Assembly: GCF_009914755.1 (NCBI RefSeq)
Contig: NC_060943.1
From: the human T2T-CHM13v2.0 reference genome, Homo sapiens
Reading direction: 5' to 3' (one strand)
DNA: 64,000 bases
The stretch's first letter is position 1, and every line of letters starts with the position of its first letter. The notes beneath the pieces are model-generated. The model was given only the letters and a program-made list of their open reading frames with translations. It was not told the origin of the DNA and made no database searches. Positions 55,060 through 64,000 of the stretch are shown piece by piece. Position numbers and translations under genes: made by a program.

Positions 55060-56554
55060 TTTTTACATAAACTACAATTTGCGTGAATTTTAGAATGTGT
55101 GGGGGTACACAGAGCATTTTGGTTCAACAAATGTTAAAGGGATGGAAAGGGAAAATAACCAGAGCCAAGAATGTAGACAAGGTTATCTATTTGCTTTATA
55201 CTGTGACTTCATGATACAAGGATATTACAGTCTCATTGCAGGCGAGAGCACTCAGCCTCGGTCACTCGAAAACTCCTGGCCTTCCTTATCCCCTACGCTG
55301 CCTAAGCCAGGCTGTGAAGAATGAGTAGGATTTTAAGAGATAAAAGCAGGGAAAATCATCTCTGTTGCCTGAGTTAGGAAGATCTGCCTAGCTAAGGCTG
55401 AGTTACACATACAAAGGAAAGCAGACCAGCATGGGCACCATAGTGAGACCCCGTCTACAAACAATAACAAAAATTTGGCCAGGTACAGTGGCCAAATTAC
55501 ACCTGTAATCCCAGCACTTTGGGAGGCCGAGGCTGGCGGACCGCTTAGGGCCAGGAGTTCAGGACCAGCCTGGCCAACATTGTGAAACCCCATCTCTACT
55601 AAAAACACAAAAATGAGCTGGGCATGGTGGTGCACACCTATAATCCCAGCTACCCGGGAGGCGGAGGTTGCAGTGAGCCGAGATCACGCCACTGCACTCC
55701 AGCCCCGGTGACAGAGCGGGACTCTGTCTCAAACACACACACACAAACTAGTGGGGTGTGGTGGCACATGCCTATAAGTCCCAGCTACTCGAGAGGCTGA
55801 GGAAGAAGGATCGCTTGAGCCCAGGAGGCAGAGGATGCAGTGAGCTATGATTGGCCTGTGCACTCCAGCCTGGGGGACCGTCTCTGAGCAAGACCCTGTC
55901 TCAAAATAAGTAAATAAATAAAGCAAAGCAGAAGCAGAAAAGCTGGAAGGTAGGCTGAGCCCACACTGATGACAGCCTGAACTTAATTTAGTCAGGAGTG
56001 GAGAGCCACTAAAGACTAGAGGAGGCCAGGTGCGGTGGCTCACACCTGTAATCCCAGCACTTTGGGAGGCTGAGGCAGGTGGATCATTTGAGCTCAGGAG
56101 TTCAAGACTGGCCTGGGCAACATGGTGAAACCCCGTTTCTACTAAAAATACAAAAATTAGCTGGGTGCACACCTGTAATCCCAGCACTTTGGGAGGCTGA
56201 GGCAGGTGGATCATTTGAGCTCAGGAGTTCAAGACTGGCCTGGGCAACATGGTGAAACCCCGTCTCTACTAAAAATACAAAAATTAGCGGGTGCACACCT
56301 GTAATCCCAGCTACTCAGGAGGCTGAGGCAGGAGAATCACTTGAACCCAGGAGGTAGAGGTTGCAGTGAGCTGAGATCATGCCACTGCCCTTCAGCCTAG
56401 GCAACAGAGCAAGACTCTTGTCTCCAAAAATAAAAAATAAAGACTAAAAAGACTGGAAGAGGCCAGGTGCAGTGGCTCCCACCTGTAATCCCAGCACTTT
56501 GAGAGGCCGAGATGGGCAGATCACGAGGTCAGGAGATTGAGACCATCCTGGCTA

Positions 56555-56797
<243 letters not shown>

Positions 56798-57189
56798 TTA
56801 GCATTCATCTTCAAGAAGGTCTAGCATTGGGGTGGACTAAGGCAGGAAGCCCAGTTAGGAAAAGGTTTCAATAATCCAGTACAGGTTGCCATGGAATACG
56901 AGGGAAGAAGTGATTCGAAGGAAGTAATCTTAAAATTTAGCTCGCTGGATGGCAGAGAACTTAGAACAGAATGTCAAAGACCACTACAGTTTCACTACCT
57001 GAATTTTGATATTTTGCCTCAAGATCTTCTTTTGAGGAGGGGAGGCAGTGAATCAGAAAGAGAAATGAAAGCCTTTAAAACATTAATGGAGTCTGCAGAC
57101 AACTTTCTGTTATCGAAAAAATAACAAGCCGGGCGCTGTGGCTCACACTTGTAATCCCAGCACTTTGGGAAGCCAAGGTGGGCAGATCA

Positions 57190-58017
<828 letters not shown>

Positions 58018-58020
58018 CTA

Positions 58021-58179
<159 letters not shown>

Positions 58180-58574
58180 TTAAAGCATTTCCTTTAGGCC
58201 AATCCAACCTTTAATGGGCACTGGGCTGATTCAGATGGTTGGTGCAGAGAATGTGAATGAATAAAGTCACACCCTCCAATAAAGGCCCTGCCATGATTTG
58301 ACCACAGTTCCTCCTTTGTGTGTCTGTTTCTCCCTCCTCCCTCCCCACTTGGGTTGTAATCTCATCTCGGGATGCTGTTTTAGTCATGCTTATGGCCTCA
58401 GCACTTCACACTTCACTGTGTTCAACGGACCTGTCCCAACTTTTGGGGAGTTCCCAATGCCATGAAGTATGGCTGGAACACAGCATGAGGTCAGAACCAG
58501 ACTGTGAGGGATTTCAAACGCTAAGAGGAAGATTTTGGACTTTATCCTGCCCAGAGACCACAGATGGCTATTAA

Positions 58575-58757
<183 letters not shown>

Positions 58758-58877
58758 TAATTTTTGTATTTTTAATAGAGACAGGGTTTCGCCATGTTGC
58801 CCAGGCTGGTCTGAAATGCCAGACCTCAAGTAACCTGGTTGCCTCAGCCTCCCCAAGTGCTGGGATTACAGGCATGA

Positions 58878-59204
<327 letters not shown>

Positions 59205-59879
59205 TAGGAAAAACGGGGTTTTACCATGTTACCCAGGCTGGTCTCAAATTTCTAACTCAGGTGATCCACCCACCTCGGCCTCCCAAAGTGCTGGGATTAC
59301 AGGCATGAGCCACCGCGCCCGGCTCTCAAGAGCTATTTAGAACCTCCTTAAAAACCAGAATGTGACGGATGAGAGATGAAAGGCAGATGTCAAAGACAGC
59401 TTAAGTTTCACTCCTAAGGAAAATCAGGACAAGCCAGTCTGGGTATTGGCTGATGGGTTCAGTTGTGAACATGCTGAGCTAGGAGTATCTGACAAATCCA
59501 AAGGGAGATGTCCTGAACGCAGGTGGATGTGAAGAGATGGCTGGGCTAAGGATAAAACACTGAGAATGGTCAGCATGGATTAGGAGCCCCCAGAAAGTGA
59601 GAACAGAGACAGAACAACGAGGACCACAAACACTAAGGGACAGGCAGAACCCACCCCTCCCCCACCTCAAAAAGACTTCAATGGGGTCTGAGGAAAAAAC
59701 AAACAAACAAAGAAGGGGAGGCAGAGGCAGAGGTGGTAGGGAGAAGAAACCAGCAAATAAAATAGGGACAGGGCCGGGCACAGTGGCTTATGCCTGTGAT
59801 CCCAGCACTTTGAGGGGATCACTTGATGTCAGGAGTTCAAGACCAGCCTGGCCAACATGGTGAAACCCTGTCTCTACTA

Positions 59880-60237
<358 letters not shown>

Positions 60238-60240
60238 TTA

Positions 60241-60639
<399 letters not shown>

Positions 60640-61270
60640 TTAGCCATGCGTGGTGGTGCATGCCAGTAGTTCCAGCTACTCTGGAGGCTGAGGTGGGAGA
60701 ATCACTGGAGCCTGGGAGGCGGAGGTTGCAGTGAGTGAAATCACACCATTGCTCTCCAGCCTGGGCCACAGAACAAGACCCTGTCTCAAAAATAAGTAAA
60801 TAAATGAGGATAATACCAAGAAAAAAGAATATTCAGAGGTGATCAAGACTATCAAATACCACAGAGGCTGAGGCCTGTAGGTGGTCAATGCCTCTGGTTG
60901 AAGCTTTTTTAACCAGAGCTAGATTAGCAGAAGAATGAGCTGAAGTGGAAGGGAGGAGGAAAGGCTGGGCCCTCCTTCCACAGATCCTTAAGTAAGCCTC
61001 AAGGCCCCGGAGGCCCCAGAGTGACCTAGAACAGACTGGACCATCTCTAAGAAGCAGGGAGCCCTAGTGATCAAACTGCGGCCTGGGAAGCTTGGCACTC
61101 TGAGTTCAGATACCAAATTCCCACTTTTAAGCAGGAAGGGGGAAAAGTCACTTAACCTCCTCTGGCTTCAGTTTTCTCACCATTAAACAGGAAAAAAACA
61201 ATAACATCGTTTTGCTGGGCTGGTACTGGGATTAAAATTTTAAGAGTCAGGGGCCGGGTGCAGGGGCTCA

Positions 61271-61597
<327 letters not shown>

Positions 61598-61727
61598 TCA
61601 CAGCTCACTGCTGCCTTGACCTCCTGGGCTCAAGGGATCCTCCCACCTTAGCCTCCTGAGTAGCTGGGACTACAAGCATACACCACCATACCTGGCTAAT
61701 TTTTTAAAAAAATTTTTTGTTTTTTGA

Positions 61728-61835
<108 letters not shown>

Positions 61836-62162
61836 TAGCTGGGACTACAGGCGCACATGACCACACCTGCCTAGTTTCTGTATTTTTAGCAGAGATGGTG
61901 TTTTACCATGTTGGCCAGGCTGGTCTGGAACTCCTGACCTCAGGTGATCCACCTGCCTTGGCCTCCCAAAGTGCTGGGATTACAGGTGTGAACCACCTCG
62001 CCTGGCCAAAAAACTTTTTTTTTTTTGCAGAGATGGAGGTCTTGCTATGTTGCCCAGGCTGGTCTCCACCTCCTGGCCTCCAATGAACCTCCACCTCAGC
62101 CTCCCAAAGTGCTGGGATTACAAGCGTGCACCATGACGCCCAGCTAATTTTATTTGTTGTAG

Positions 62163-62543
<381 letters not shown>

Positions 62544-63329
62544 TAGCCAGGATGGTCTCGATCTCCTGACCTCCTGATCCGCCCGCCTCGGCCTCCCAAA
62601 GTGCGGGATTACAGGCCTGAGCCACCGCGCCCAGCCTTTTTTTCTTTTGATAGGGTCTTGCTCTGTCGCCCAGGCCGAATTGCAGTGGGGCGATCACGGC
62701 TTACTGCACCCTCAACCTCCTGGCTTCCCAAAGCACTGGGATCACAGACGGGAGCCAACGCCCCGGCCAGTTTTTTCAACGTTGAGAGCCCTGGCCCCTA
62801 GATAGGACCCAGCATCCTCACTGCTCTAACCCCTCCCCCCCCACCATCCCCGGGCTGGCCCGGACAACCCCTAAGGTGGCCGAGGGCGGGCCCTGAGGAG
62901 GCCGGCGCGCGCTTCCGGGCACAGCTTGTGGCGGTGAAGCCGCTCAGATGGCGGAGGCCTTGGGTATCTCTAAGCAGATCGCTAGGCCGCAGACCTCGGA
63001 GCTCGTCTTGGGTCACTTTTATTTATTTTTTTTGAGACGGAGTCTCTCTCTGTCGCCCACGCTGCAGTGCAATGGCGCGATCTCGGCTCACTGCAAGCTC
63101 CGCCTCCCAGATTCAAGCAATTCTCTGCCTCAGCCTCCCGAGTGGCTGGGATTACAGGCGCCCGCCACCACGCCCGGCTAATTTTTGTATTTTTAGTAGA
63201 AACGGGGTTTCACCATCTTGGCCAGGCTGGTCTTGAACTCCTGACCTCGTGATCCACGCGCCTCGGCTTCCCAAAGTGTGGGAATTAAAGGCGTGAACCA
63301 CCGCGTCCGGCTTGGGTCACTTTTCGAGT

Positions 63330-63972
63330 ATACAGCTCCTCCTCTCTCCTTCCTCCCTAGGCCCCCACTGCCCCGACTCGCAGGCCGCAGACAAGGCTGA
63401 GAGCGCTACCTTGCTTTCCCGCGCTCGCCTCGGTGCCTACTGCGCCTGCGCGAGCTGTGAGGGCGGGACCCAGAGACACCCGCCCCAACTACTGGCGTGC
63501 GCCCTCTGCTGTCGCCTAACGGAACTCCGGGCGCGCGTGCGCACGCACCCCAAGCCACGCCCCGCCAGGCTGCCGGCGCGCGAGCGGTTGGCGCCGCTCC
63601 CTGCCTTCCCTCTCCTACAGTGGGGCGGGGCCGGGCCGCCCGAGTCGGGGGTGGAAGGCGGGGGCCACATAATGCCACGCCCCCGCCTCGTCTCCATTTG
63701 AAGCCCCGCGACTCTTCACTGCTGGTCAATCAGAGCCCGTGCTCTCCCTAGTGCCGGCCAATGGGAGGTGCGCTCGGGCTGCTTCCGGCTCCGCGCTCCG
63801 CTCGCCCCCTCCCAAGGTCTCCCCGCGACTGGCGGGACGCAGGGGCGGGCGTCGGCCGCGGTGACGCGCAGCGGGCCTGGAGCCAATAAGGGGCGGGCTC
63901 GGTGCTGATGGACGGTGCTGGTGGCCAGTGGAGAGGCGCTGGCCGCACTTCCCGTCGGGGAGAGAGTGTAAT
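63330..63972 (+). promoter_or_regulatory. RAB8A: RAB8A CpG-island promoter and 5' UTR
   Basis: CpG-dense; NRF1-like TGCGCCTGCGC (63441-63451), GC boxes, CCAAT boxes (63758-63762, 63883-63887), ETS-like CTTCCGG / CACTTCC. Confidence 0.88.
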
Positions 63973-64000
63973 ATGGCGAAGACCTACGATTACCTGTTCA
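63973..64000 (+). CDS. RAB8A: Ras-related protein Rab-8A, start of exon 1 (runs off the window)
   Basis: ATG GCG AAG ACC TAC GAT TAC CTG TTC = MAKTYDYLF, the Rab8 N-terminus, within a CpG island. The A versus B paralogue is assigned from known adjacency to TPM4. Confidence 0.92.

Overview
Human (primate) genomic DNA, extremely Alu-rich, recognisable as the TPM4 (tropomyosin 4) locus. The whole gene lies on the + strand: first exons 1a (with exon 2b) and 1b, shared exons 3, 4, 5, 6b, 7 and 8, and two terminal exons, a striated-muscle-type 9a and the cytoskeletal 9d with a long Alu-containing 3' UTR. Exon lengths add up exactly to 284 aa (1a/2b forms) and 248 aa (1b forms). Upstream is a family-1-like olfactory receptor pseudogene broken by an LTR, an Alu and a MaLR element, followed by an L1 fragment. 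The window ends in the RAB8A CpG-island promoter and its first codons (MAKTYDYLF). Almost all entries in the ORF track are Alu, L1, microsatellite or GC-rich shadow ORFs. I see no wholly new biological system. The best leads are two unexplained exon-shaped segments inside TPM4: a 76-nt AG/GT-bounded open segment where paralogues have exon 6a, and an acceptor opening a 27-codon frame between 9a and 9d. The regulatory layout around exon 9a is also notable (distant branch point, CArG/MCAT/CRE cluster, bracketing inverted Alus).
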